Below are positions 11,901 through 24,200 of a stretch of 64,000 bases of DNA, in pieces; the first letter of the stretch is position 1; each line of letters starts with the position of its first letter. The DNA lies in contig NC_043002.1 in the NCBI RefSeq assembly GCF_006345805.1, positions 113,770,001-113,834,000 of the forward strand. The letters run 5' to 3'. The position numbers and the translations under genes are program-made. The notes beneath the pieces are model-generated. The model was not told the DNA's origin. It was given only the letters and a program-made list of their open reading frames with translations, and searched no databases. The stretch comes from Octopus sinensis. Lineage: Eukaryota.

Positions 11901-14900
11901 AGAAGCTGTTCAGTGACGTGCAACCAAGAAAATACCCTCCATCAGGCATTTGCCATATTCAGAACACCTTGCTTCCCTGGGCATGGATACATTGAAACTC
12001 CGACGTCTGGCAGCTGACTTGGCAGACACCCATAAAATTATTAACCATCTGAGCGCCTTTTCAAACTCCACCTGTCTAACACCTGTGGACATGTTTACAA
12101 AGTCAGAAAACAGCACAGCTCCCATGACTTTCGGAAACATTTTTTCAGGCTGAGAGTTGCTGAAGCATGGAACAAACTGCCGGCATCAGTTGTTAGTTGT
12201 CGGAGTACTGCATCCTTCAAAACTTCCATGCTTTCTGAGATTCGCCAACACTACACCTGATTTTCTCCCCTCCATACACATGCAAGCATGTATCTGACTC
12301 ATACACTGTTCACTTTCCAGATATTTGTACATTTACTGCATGTACTTTATATGCACTTTTGACAAGTTGTGGTGCGCCTCAGCACTGTATACAATAATTT
12401 CATTATTATTATTATTATTATTATAAAATTTACAGCCCCAAAAAAGGTAGGATGCCAACTTGTATACCAGAAAATATGATGAGTCTTTTACTGGAGTCAT
12501 TTCAGTCAATGATGCTCCACCCACAACAAATTTGTAGCCTTGTGCCATTGTAAGAACTACTTCTACATTGTATTTTGAAATTCTTTCTTCTTCAGCTCTT
12601 GCCTCTGGATGATATTGAAACCAGTAATGTGACGATGAAAGAAAAGAATGATAAGGTTTGTTCCCAGAGTGTATAACATTTTTTTGTAATTGTCTTTTCC
12701 TTGAGAAATTTTTATTGTCATATAGAAATAAATTTTAGGTGAAATCAACTGAAGGAAAATATAATTATATATATAAAATAAAACTAAAATATGTATTTGA
12801 TATAACACTTACTAATGTGATTAGAAGATTGTTAATCCTGTTACTGGCATGGCATCTTCGTAAATGTATATAAGGACACAGGAAAAATGTGTCAAAGCCA
12901 TCAGGAGGCGTCGATGCTTCCTAAGGCTAAACAGCGGTGGTGTACCCCCCTACTGTCACGTTCCTGTTAGATTGACAGTATACAACCATTCTATCGCCCC
13001 ACCACTGTACATGCCTCTACGAGAGATTTAGAAATTTAGTATTTCTGATATTCTTTTTGTTTTTGTTGAAGTAGCTTTTATCTTTGTTATGAATTGTGGG
13101 TGGGATGGGAACTCTGGGTGAACTGTTTTGTTTTATTTTAAATCAGAGGGTGTATATCAGTACTGTCTAAATTTTGTATTACTTCTTTTGTAACAATAGT
13201 TTTAAATGATTGTATATGGCCTAATACTGATAGCCTTCTTTTACCAGGAGATTGGAACTATTCCGAGACGGCCTATGTCTATGGTGCCATTAGGAGAAGA
13301 AGAAAAGGGAAATGATCCATTACTTAGGTTAGTCTTTGTTATTATTATTATTATTATTAAAGCAGTGTGCTGGCAGAATTGTTAACACACTGGGCAAAAT
13401 GCTTAGTGGTATTTTGTCCACTTTTACATTCTGAGTTCAAATTCTGCTGAGGTCGACTTTGCCATTCATCCTTTCAGGGTCGATGAATTAAGTACCAGTG
13501 GAACACTGGGGTTGATGTAATCGATTAGTCCCCTTCCACTAAATTTCAGGCCTTGTACCTCTAGTAGAAAGGATTGTTATTATTATTATTATTATTGTTA
13601 ATTGGTTTAAGGTACTGAGCTGGCAGAATCATTAGCACACCAAACAAAATGCTTGGCAGCATTTCATGTCTTTACATTCTGAGTTCAAATTCTGCTGAGA
13701 TTGACTTTACCTTTTACTCTTTTGGGCTCAAGGAAATAAGTACCAGTTGAGTACTGGGGTTGATATAATTGACTTAACCTCTCCCCTAAATTTGCTGGCC
13801 TTGTGCCAATATTTAAAACCATTATTATCAATTGGTTTGATCTGGAAGAAAGGTTCTATGCACATGGCTTTTGCAGGCATAAATAAGACATATGGGATCA
13901 GCATGTTGCTAATGAACAAGTGCAGGTTGGTAGCTGCTAGGTTTCCTAGATAGGGAAGATATTTCAGAAAGATAATATTCTTGAGATGTAGGAATTGGTG
14001 GAAGGATTAGTCCTGGATCTAGAGTTGGTATGTTATATCATCATAACATCATCATCATCGTTTAACGTCTGTTTTCCATGCTAGCATGGGTTCTAACCCA
14101 TACTGGCATGGAAAAACCGATGTTAAATAAAATACTGTCTATGTAGAGATTATATTCTATAAACTGTTCCTCCATACTTAATACAAATGTCCTGGTGCCA
14201 CATAAGAAGCACCCAGTGCGCTCTGCAAAGTGGCACAGGAAGGAAGTGATTGGTGGAGACAGTAGATGGGGGAAGATATCATCATCATTTAGCGTCCACT
14301 TTCCATGCTAGCATGGGTTGAACGGTTCAACTGAGGTCTGTGAAGCTGGAAGGCTGCATCAGGCCCAGTCTGATCTGGCAGTGTTTCTACAGCTGGATGC
14401 CCTTCCTAACGCCAACCACTCCATGAGTGTAGTGGGTGCTTTTTACGTGCCACACGAACAGGTGCCAGACAGAGCTGGCAAGCGGCCACGGACGGATAGT
14501 GCTTTTTATGTGCCACGCGAGGCTGGCAACGGCCACGATCGGATGGTGCTTTGTACGTGCCACCGGCATGGGGGCCAGGCGAGGCTGGCAACGGCCACAA
14601 ACGGATATCGTGTAACTCAATTTTTGTCCTTGGGTAACAACTGTCATTTCCTATTTGCTTACTCCTAGAAACTATGAAAAATGGCTAATACTTCCTTCAA
14701 ACCTTGCTTTTGTTACAATATTTATTCAAACCCCAAAGAATCTTCCTCAACATATGGCTATGATGCACCTCTCTCCACACCTGCTCATGATCAGAGATGC
14801 TCACATTGTCAGCCACTAAGGAACATTCTCAAGTGGTTAAAGTCAAACAACTGACAAGCAAATCTGTGTTATTTAAGCCAAATATTTGCTGTAACAATAT

Positions 14901-17900
14901 TTCTGCTTCAGCAGCTCAGCACTAAATCTGCCTGAAATGTAATGGAAAATAGGTCAGTTTCAAAACATTGATGTCCATGTGACAAAAGCAATTTTTGAAA
15001 GGAATAGTAGTCATTTCTTTTGGTTTCTTCTAGATAGAAGCAAACAGGAAATTATACTTACTGATCAAAGACAAATTTAAAAGTTTTGTTACACCGTGTA
15101 ATTCATTGAATATGGTGTATGTGCACACGTGTCTCTTTTTATTGGTGTAGTGTCATGTTTGTGTCTTGCTGTAGTTTGTTGATGTTGAGTTTAAGACATA
15201 GAATTAGTGAAGCATGTATATAGTGTAGAAGCAATGAATACCACAATATTTGAAGTGCCGCCTCGACTGGCTTCCGTGCTGGTGGCACATAAAAAGCACC
15301 ATCCGAATCGTGGCCGAAGCCAGTGCCGCCTCGACTGGCTTCTGTGCTGGTGGCACGTAAAATGCACCAATCCGACCGTGGCGGATGCCAGCCTCGCCTG
15401 GCACCTGTGCAGGTGGCACGTAAAAAGCACCCACTACACTCACGGAGTGGTAGGCGTTAGGAAGGGCATCCATCTGTAGAAACATTGCCAGATAAGACTG
15501 GAGCCTGGTGCAGCCTTCTGGCTTCCCAGATCCCCAGTCGAACCGTCCAACCCATGCTAGCATGGAGAACGAACGTTAAACGATGATGATGATGATGATG
15601 ATTTGAAACTGCAAATTAATGTCTTATTAATTATAACAAAATGTATTCCCCTCACTCTGTAGAACTCTTTATTGATTTCGTTGTGTCTATGGAGGGTCAT
15701 TAGGCCAATATTATTAACACACACACACTGGTTCAATTCCACTCCTTTATTATTAGTTTATTATTGGTCAATTGGTTGAATATCCAACTAACTAATTGAT
15801 TGTTTGTTTAACTTGGTAAGTCATTTATTTTGTTTTTGTTTGTCAAAGCTCTTTCGTTGCTACTTGTAACCTTTGCAGTGACTTCTGGTTTAGTCCAAAG
15901 GTTGCATGTGACAATAAAAGAACTTCAACAAACAAGAACAAAACAAATGACTTACTGTTTGACCAAATTAAACAAACAATCATTTAGTTAGTTGGGTATT
16001 TAACCAATTCACTAATAATAAAGGAGTGGAGTTGAACCAGTGGGGGTGTGTTCATAATACTGACATAATGACTCTCTATAGAGAAAAACAAAAAATGTTT
16101 CAACACATGAATTCACATAAAGAATCTTGCAATGCAGATAGAAAACTGAAGTAGAATAAGCTCTTTATTGATTGATATTCCAGTAAGACTGGTGAACTTC
16201 TTGGAAACCGTAACGACTTCCGACTGAACACAAGTCAAGTCAATTATAACAGTTGTCTTTTACTGGAGGCTTCTGCACATTTCCTGTCTGGCTTACCGAA
16301 TTCTACCAACAAAGAAACTACGGGTGAGTATGACTTATATTTTGGTTACTGCTCAATGTTAATCTGTAAAAGATGATGCAACATATTTGGTGCAAGCAGT
16401 GATTGCAACGTTTGTGTCATGTCAAGCTTCCACTTATTTCTGTTTTTTACATGACGAGCGTGTAGTCTCCTGTCTGATATTAAGTTAGAATTTCATTACA
16501 CACTACTTTTGTCTGCTTTAAACTCTTTCTAGATTTCACAGCCCTTGAATTGACTCTAAGTCAATATATTTATTTATTTATAGAACAATTTTCTCTCTAT
16601 TTTTTCATTAGCATCTTCACATGTACCAACAACAATCACCACAGAAAATACTGAATCAAATAACATTGAAAATTACGATAATCCTGTAACTGATGACTCC
16701 ATAGATGATATTCCTCCTCCACCTGAAGTCTCAACACAGGTATTGTAATTGAACATTATTAGTTTTGGGAAAACCTGGTTGAGACTATTTTAATTTTGTT
16801 CTGTAATTAACCAAGTGTTTTTGCAAAAACACATTGATTATTTCAAGAAAAATGATGATGTCTTACTTGATTGTTTCTAAAATACCATTATTTTGGCATA
16901 GGTTGTTGAAGAAGATGCGCCAAAACGGAGCTCTGAGCGATTACAAGAAAGAGCCGCCAAAACGAAAGAGAAGATGTCCAAAGATAAAGGAAAAGTATGT
17001 AACATGACATAAGTTTTATATGTATTTCTGTCTGTGTGTCTGTGATTATGTAATACAGGAAGAGGTTATACCGTTTGCATTTATCAATTCTTCACTGGAT
17101 AAGTTACCTTAACCAAATTTGTTCAGAGTCAATTCAGTGTATGTTAACTCCCAAAGTGAAAGCTTTTTATTTAGTCTCTCAGAAGCTAAAATGCCATGCA
17201 TGCATGTGTTCACAGCTTTTATAATAAAGTATATATAGTTAATTATAACCTCTGACGAGGCCTATGCTTCTTTTAACATACAAGTATTATATTTTTTTAA
17301 CGCCTACAACCTTAGTATGTTGACATCTATAGGCAATGGAAATTAGATTCACTTTTGACCATAGGCTGAAACAGCTGTAAGAAGTAAGTTTTAGGATTTC
17401 AATAATTTATAATATGTCTTTTAAAATCTGTATTTGTTTTATTACCTTATCTATTGATTTATATAATATTTTTGTATGCTTGTGATGTTCCCATTTGTAA
17501 AAAGAATAAATAATCTAACATTATATTAGCCATAAGTTGATGAACAAACTAAATCTGTTTCTCCATTTTCTTATTTGTATTATATATATATATAGGCGCA
17601 GGAGTGGCTGTGTGGTAAGTAGCTTGCTTACCAACCACATGGTTCCGGGTTCAGTCCCACTGTGTGGCACCTTGGGCAAGTGTCTTCTACTATAGCCTCG
17701 GGCCGACCAAAGCCTTGTGGGTGGATTTGGTAGATGGAAACTGAAAGAAGCCCATCATATATATGTATATATATATATGTGCATGTGTGTGTTTGTTCCC
17801 CTAGCATTGTTTGACAACCGATGCTGTTGTGTTTATGTCCCCGTTACTTAGCGGTTCAGCAAAAGAGACCGATAGAATAAGTACTGGGCTTACAAAAGAA

Positions 17901-18167
17901 TAAGTCCCGGGGTCGAGTTGCTTGATTAAAGGCGGTGCTCCAGCATGGTCGCAGTCAAATGACTGAAACTAGTAAAAGAGTATATATACATATATAAATG
18001 TGCATGTGTGTGTGTACCCTTGCTAGGCAAAACATGATCATAAATGAGCTTCATTATCACCATTGTCATTGTCCTCAAACAGGCTTGGCAACGAGAAGAG
18101 TATCTAGCCATAGAAAATTTGCTCCAGCAAATTCTCTCTGGACCTTGTGATCATAGAAAAGTGAATG

Positions 18168-18215
<48 letters not shown>

Positions 18216-21200
18216 ATATATATGTATTTATTAAGCATAGGCATGGTTGTGTGGTTGAGAAATTTTCTTCTCATCTACTATAGCCCCAGGCTGACCAAAA
18301 CTTTACAAGTGGATTTGGTTAACAGAAACTGAAAGAAGCTTGTAGGTATTAATGTGTGTGTTTGCATTTGTGAGTTTGTATTTCTCTTGCATTCTCTGGT
18401 TTGTAAACAATGAGTTCCTGACGATGTCATTTGCTTGCAGCCTAATGCATAAGCATGTTTGGGCTATTTGAGATGTCTTGGCATGTTATATGCTCTTTGT
18501 AAGCAAAAAGGACAAAATAAATCCTGGCTGACTGACTGACTAGCTCTCTCTCTCTCTCTCCTTATATACGAGCTGGCAGAGACGTTAGCACGCCGGTATT
18601 TCGTCTGCCGTTATGTTCTGAGTTCAAATTCCGCCGAGGTCAACTTTGCCTTTCATCCTTTCGGGGTCGATAAATAAAGTACCAGTTTCACACTGGGGTT
18701 GATGTAATCGACTTAATCCCTTTGTCTGTCCTTGTTTTTCCCCTCTATGTTTAGCCCCTTGTGGGCAGTAAAGAAATATATATACGCATACACATAAAGG
18801 CTTTCACATAATTTTTTTTTTTGTACCAAGTTATTTGTCAGCTCCTCCAAATCAGAATGCATTCAGTATTAAAGTTAATTTACCCTAGTACTTTGCCAAT
18901 TAAAAAAAAGAAGAAAAAAAATGAACTGGAGAGGATATGATATCTTTATATATAAAAGTGAAGTTGTGTGGTGTCTGTCTCCTGCAATTTAGATTCCTAA
19001 CTACTCCCCCATTTTGCGGTGCAGTTTAACCAAAACCGGGTATCTTATAGTCGTGATTCATATCGAGCCCGTCTGGGTATTAGCGCGCGTCTACGATGAG
19101 TCTACGATTTAAAAAAAAATTTACCATAATTTTTCTCCATTTTTAATGCATTTTTTTGCTATGATATAAAGGAAGTAACTCTCTAAAAATGCTTATATAG
19201 TTATTTCCCTTACAAACCCAAGCAATGCCGGGCGATACTGCTAGTCAGTCATAAATTGGTTTGTCACTATAGTGTGAAACTTTATTACTTTGCTAGGGTC
19301 TCGATCCATGGTTATGTCAAGACCCTTATGAACAGAAAAGTAAAACCGAAAAACCCTTCAAGAAAGGTGAGTATTTTATTAATCTTCAAATATTTTACTG
19401 CTCAGATTTCTACTCTGGGATAATTATCACCACTGTCAGTTGGATTATTGTTTACTTATCTTCACCGGTTTCCACCTGTTCTATCATTTCTCAAGAAGAG
19501 TAATGTGCCCTTGTTACTTTAACTACAACAATGCTGGAAATTGTATTTTGTGTTTGGAACATTTTACAGTGAGTTAATAAATAGTTAATGAAGAATAAAA
19601 GATATATATATATATATATATAATTTAAATAATGAGGGTGATAAATTAAATATTAATTTAATTAATATCAATTTAAAACTAGTAGCCTAGCATATAGAAA
19701 AATCTTAAAAATCAGAAAAAATTGCAATACTTGTGTATAGACATGTATATATATGTGTGTGTGTATATATTTATATAATCATCATCATCATCATCATCAT
19801 CGTTTAACGTCCGTTTTCCATGCTAGCATGGGTTGGACGGTGCAACTGGGGTCTGGGAAGCCAGAAGGCTGCACCAGGTCCAGTCTGATCTGGCAATGTT
19901 TCTACGGCTGGATGCCCTTCCTAACGCCAACCACTCCATGAGTGTAGTGGGTGCTTTTTACGTGCCACCCGCACAGGTGCCAGACGAGGCTGGCAAACGG
20001 TCACGATCGGATGGTGCTTTTTACGTACCACCAGCACGGAGGCCAGGTGAGGCTGGCAAAGGCCACGGTCGGATGGTGCTTTTTACGTGCCACTGGCACG
20101 GGGGCCAGGCGAGGCTGGCAACGGCCACGGTCGGATGGTGCTTTTTACGTGCCACCGGCATGGGGGCCAGGTGAGGCTAGCAACGGCCACGGTCGGATGA
20201 TGCTTTTTACGTGCCACCGGCACATAATTATAAATTTCCATGGCACTAAGTTTGAATATCAGAAATATAGAGGAAGTTAATTATTTGAACATATTTTTTA
20301 TTGATTTGTTTGTTAGTGAAACAAGCAGCAGATTAATTAACCATGCATGTAAAACCACAGATCATTGGATGATTGAAAGGAGTCATTAAAACTGAAAACA
20401 ATATTTCAATGTAGTCTTAAATTATCGACCCTTTTTTGTTTAGTTTCATGAGGAGAAATGGTATTCATCTCAGCCTTTTTTCACACTGGTATCATCAATG
20501 TGGTTAATGTTTAGCTTGCTCTTCTGTCTGTTGTTGCCTACAGTAAAAATGAAGAGATGGTGATGCCAGTATTGGTTTTAGAGTTTGTGAGAGTGGGTAG
20601 TACTTATTTTATCAACCCTGCAAAAAGGATGAAAAACAGAAGTCGACATCAGCAGAATTTGAACTCAGAACATAACGATGAACAGAATGCCACTTGGTTA
20701 ACAATTCTGCCAGCTCACCACCTTGAATGGTGTTATCAATATTTTGATTCTTGTTTGAGCAAAAAGCTAATTGTCTATAGGTGAGAGAATAGTTACTGTG
20801 TTGATGTACATAATAGGATTTATTTATTAAGTATAATCTACTTGCTTGATACCTCGACCCTTCACTCCCTGTCAAGCATAGGCCATCAACTACTTTGTTC
20901 TTGATTCTGGGTTGTCATTTTATACTTCTCTCCTGTTGGATCCTTGCATCTTCCATTCAGATTTTGATGCACCCTGTTGTATGTTTCCCTTAAGAAAGGC
21001 CTTCTTCTCCCAAGTCTTGTTGAGTTTGAATTATCATTGATGCTTGTGCAACTTTGCTTCTTCCTAGGTAAGGGTTGTTGGTCCATATTAGTCTGGCCTC
21101 TACCCTTTGACCTGTCCAGCATGGGAGGCCCTACTAGAAGTTTGCACTCCACTGGCATAGCTCTGTGTCATTGAGGTACACAAGCCACCAAACTGCAACA

Positions 21201-24200
21201 AGACTGGACCTTGTGGCAGTTAAGTATAATCTGCTGAGACAGGTTATATTTAATGCTGTTAAGTATTTAGTCCAATCTTTTACCATTTTTTCTAACATCA
21301 CTACCCAATAAGCCATTAATATTATGGATTTCTTATTTTAATGAGATAAGCTTTGTAACAAAATCAGATATATTTGACAAAATTGACCCAATGTTTTACT
21401 AAGTACATGTTTTATTGATTTATTTATTCTGGCATGTAAAAAGCACCATCCGTTCGTGGCTGTTGCCAGCCTCGTCTGGCCCCCGTGCCGGTGGCACATA
21501 AAAAGCACCATCCGATCGTGGCCGTTGCCAGCCTCGCCTGGCCCCCGTGCCGGTGGCACATAAAAAGCACCATCCGATCGTGGCTGTTTGCCAAACTCGT
21601 CTGGCACCTGTGCCGGTGGCACGTAAAAAGCACCCACTACACTCATGGAGTGGTTGGTGTTAGGAAGGGCATCCAGCCGTAGAAACATTGCCAGATTAGA
21701 CTGGGCCTGGTGCAGCCTTCTGGCTTCCCAGACCCCAGTTGAACCGTCCATCCCATGCTAGCATGGAAAGCGGACGCTAAACGATGATGATGATGAATGT
21801 GTGAAAGATGTGTTGAATTCAGCAGGATTTAAACTTAGAAATGGCTGAAATGCTGTAACGATTACCGCTGCTCTGTACTGTAAAGTACTGATACTGACTG
21901 AACGGTAGACAACACCTGCTTCTTTACTATTTCAGACATAAAAGTTTCAAACTGTATGAAAAACTTACCAAACTTGCTGTTGATTTGAATGTCGTCTTTG
22001 GTTGCAGGTAAAACTTTCCGAATTCCTGAAATTGTGGATGACAAGAAACAGAAAAGTAGGAAACGGAAAAAAGAGCCAATTGCAGAAGAAAAACCTGAGA
22101 TTAATTTAGAACCAATTGAAGATTTTGTTGCCAACACCTGTAAGTTTTAATTGTTCTCAAGCCTTTGACGAAGTGGAAGGGGGTATAGCTACACATGGGG
22201 TAGAAGACAACTGGACGTTTCTGAGGGACAACCTGCTGAAAGCCGCTGACGAGATCTGTGGCTGGTGCAAAGTCCCCTTAAGACCCAAAATAACATGGTG
22301 GTGGAACAATATTGTTGATAGGGCTATTAGACAAAAGAAACAGGCTTGGAAGGCCTGGAAGAATGGTGGTAGCAGGGAAGTGTATCAGACTGCCAGAAGG
22401 GAAGCTAGGAGACAGGTCTATCTAGCCAGAGGGGAAGCAGATAAAAGAAAATTTGCCAATGTCCTGCGCCGTGAGGATGAAAGACTTGAGGTATTTCGTG
22501 TTGCAAGACAGTGTGTGAGAGAGAATCGAGATGTGGTAGGAGAGAAATGTGTTCGCATGGAGGATGGTTCACTTGCGTTAAATGAGGATGCAAAGAGAGA
22601 AGCTTGGAGACGCCACTATGAAAGGTTGCTGAATGAGGAAAATGAATGGGATAAAGAGAGTCTGCCGAATGTTGACCCAACAGAGGGACCAGCTATCCGA
22701 GTTGATAGTTCCGTGGTAGCTAAGGCAATTAGAAGCATGAAGACAGGGAAAGCCCCAGGCCCATCAGGAATTACTGCAGAGATGCTCAAAATATCTGGTA
22801 GTGTCGGCTATAGCATAGTCACCCGTATAGTTAACCAGGTGATACACGAAGGAGTCATACCCAATGACTGGTGTAGCAGCATAATAGTCAACTGCTACAA
22901 AGGTAAAGGCGATGCCCTAGATACATATAACTACAGGGGCATCAAGCTGTTGGATCAGGTAATGAAGGTTACGAAGAGGGTTATAGCCCAGTTAATTAGA
23001 GAGAGAGTTAGCTTAGATGATATGCAGTTTGGGTTCGTGCCAGGGAAAAGTACTACTGATGCTATATTCCTGGTAAGACAGCTGCAGGAGAAATACCTAG
23101 CCAAAGGTAAGCCCTTGTACCTGGCTTTTGTTGACTTAGAGAAAGCCTTTGACAGGGTCCCCCGATCCCTTATCTGGTGGTCAATGAGGAAACTAGGGAT
23201 AGATGAATGGTTAGTGAGAGCTGTGCGAGCCATGTACAGAGACGCAGCTAGTAAGGCGAGGGTTGGCAACGAGTACAGTGAAGAATTCCGGGTAGAGGTT
23301 GGGGTCCACCAAGGTTCAGTCCTCAGCCCCCTCCTATTTATCATAGTCCTCCAGGCAATAACGGAAGAATTTAAGACAGGATGCCCCTGGGAGCTCCTAT
23401 ATGCTGATGACCTTGCTCTAATTGCTGAGTCACTATCAGAACTGGAGGAGAAGTTTCAGGTGTGGAAACAAGGATTAGAATCGAAGGGCCTTAGAATCAA
23501 CCTAGCCAAAACCAAAGTCCTAATAAGTAGGAAGGTGGACCAACCACAAACGACTTCAGGTAGATGGCCCTGCTCGATCTGTAAAAAAGGTGTAGGTAGA
23601 AACTCTATAAGGTGCACCAAGTGTAAGCTATGGACACATAAGAGGTGCAGCAATGTCAAAGGAAGGCTAACTAAGAAAATAGTTTTTGTCTGTGGCAGAT
23701 GCTCAGGAGAAATAAACACTGGAAATGTGCAGAGTCCAACTTCTACCACGTTCCAGGGAGACAAACTAGAAGTAGTTGATAGCTTCCGCTACCTAGGAGA
23801 CCAAGTCAGTAGCGGGGGTGGGTGTGCTGAAAGTGTAACTGCTAGAGTAAGAATAGCCTGGGCAAAGTTTAGAGAGCTCTTACCCCTGCTGGTGACAAAA
23901 GGTCTCTCGCTAAGAGTAAAAGGCAGACTATATGATGCGTGTGTACGTACAGCCATGCTACATGGTAGTGAAACATGGGCCGTGACAGCTGAGGATATGC
24001 GTAAGCTTGCAAGAAATGAAGCCAGTATGCTCCGATGGATGTGTAATGTCAGTGTTCATAATCGTCAGAGTGTAAGTACTTTGAGAGAAAAGTTGAACCT
24101 AAGAAGTGTCAGTTGTGGTGTGCAAGAGAGACGGCTGCGCTGGTATGGTCATGTGACGAGAATGGCTGAAGATAGTTGTGTGCAAAAGTGCTACAACCTA

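Noticed and set aside
17594-17670. tRNA genes at SINE heads (also 46860 and 62205)
   Set aside because: A/B boxes are present, but there is no complete cloverleaf and each continues into a multi-copy SINE body.
21795-21850. [15 protein letters not shown] resembling a BEL/Pao RT motif
   Set aside because: Only ~17 codons with no flanking homology; too short to support.
22116-22157. In-frame NCAPH2-RT fusion suggested by the ORF track starting inside the exon
   Set aside because: The RT frame differs from the NCAPH2 frame; read-through in the NCAPH2 frame hits TAA four codons into the intron, and the track start is not an ATG.
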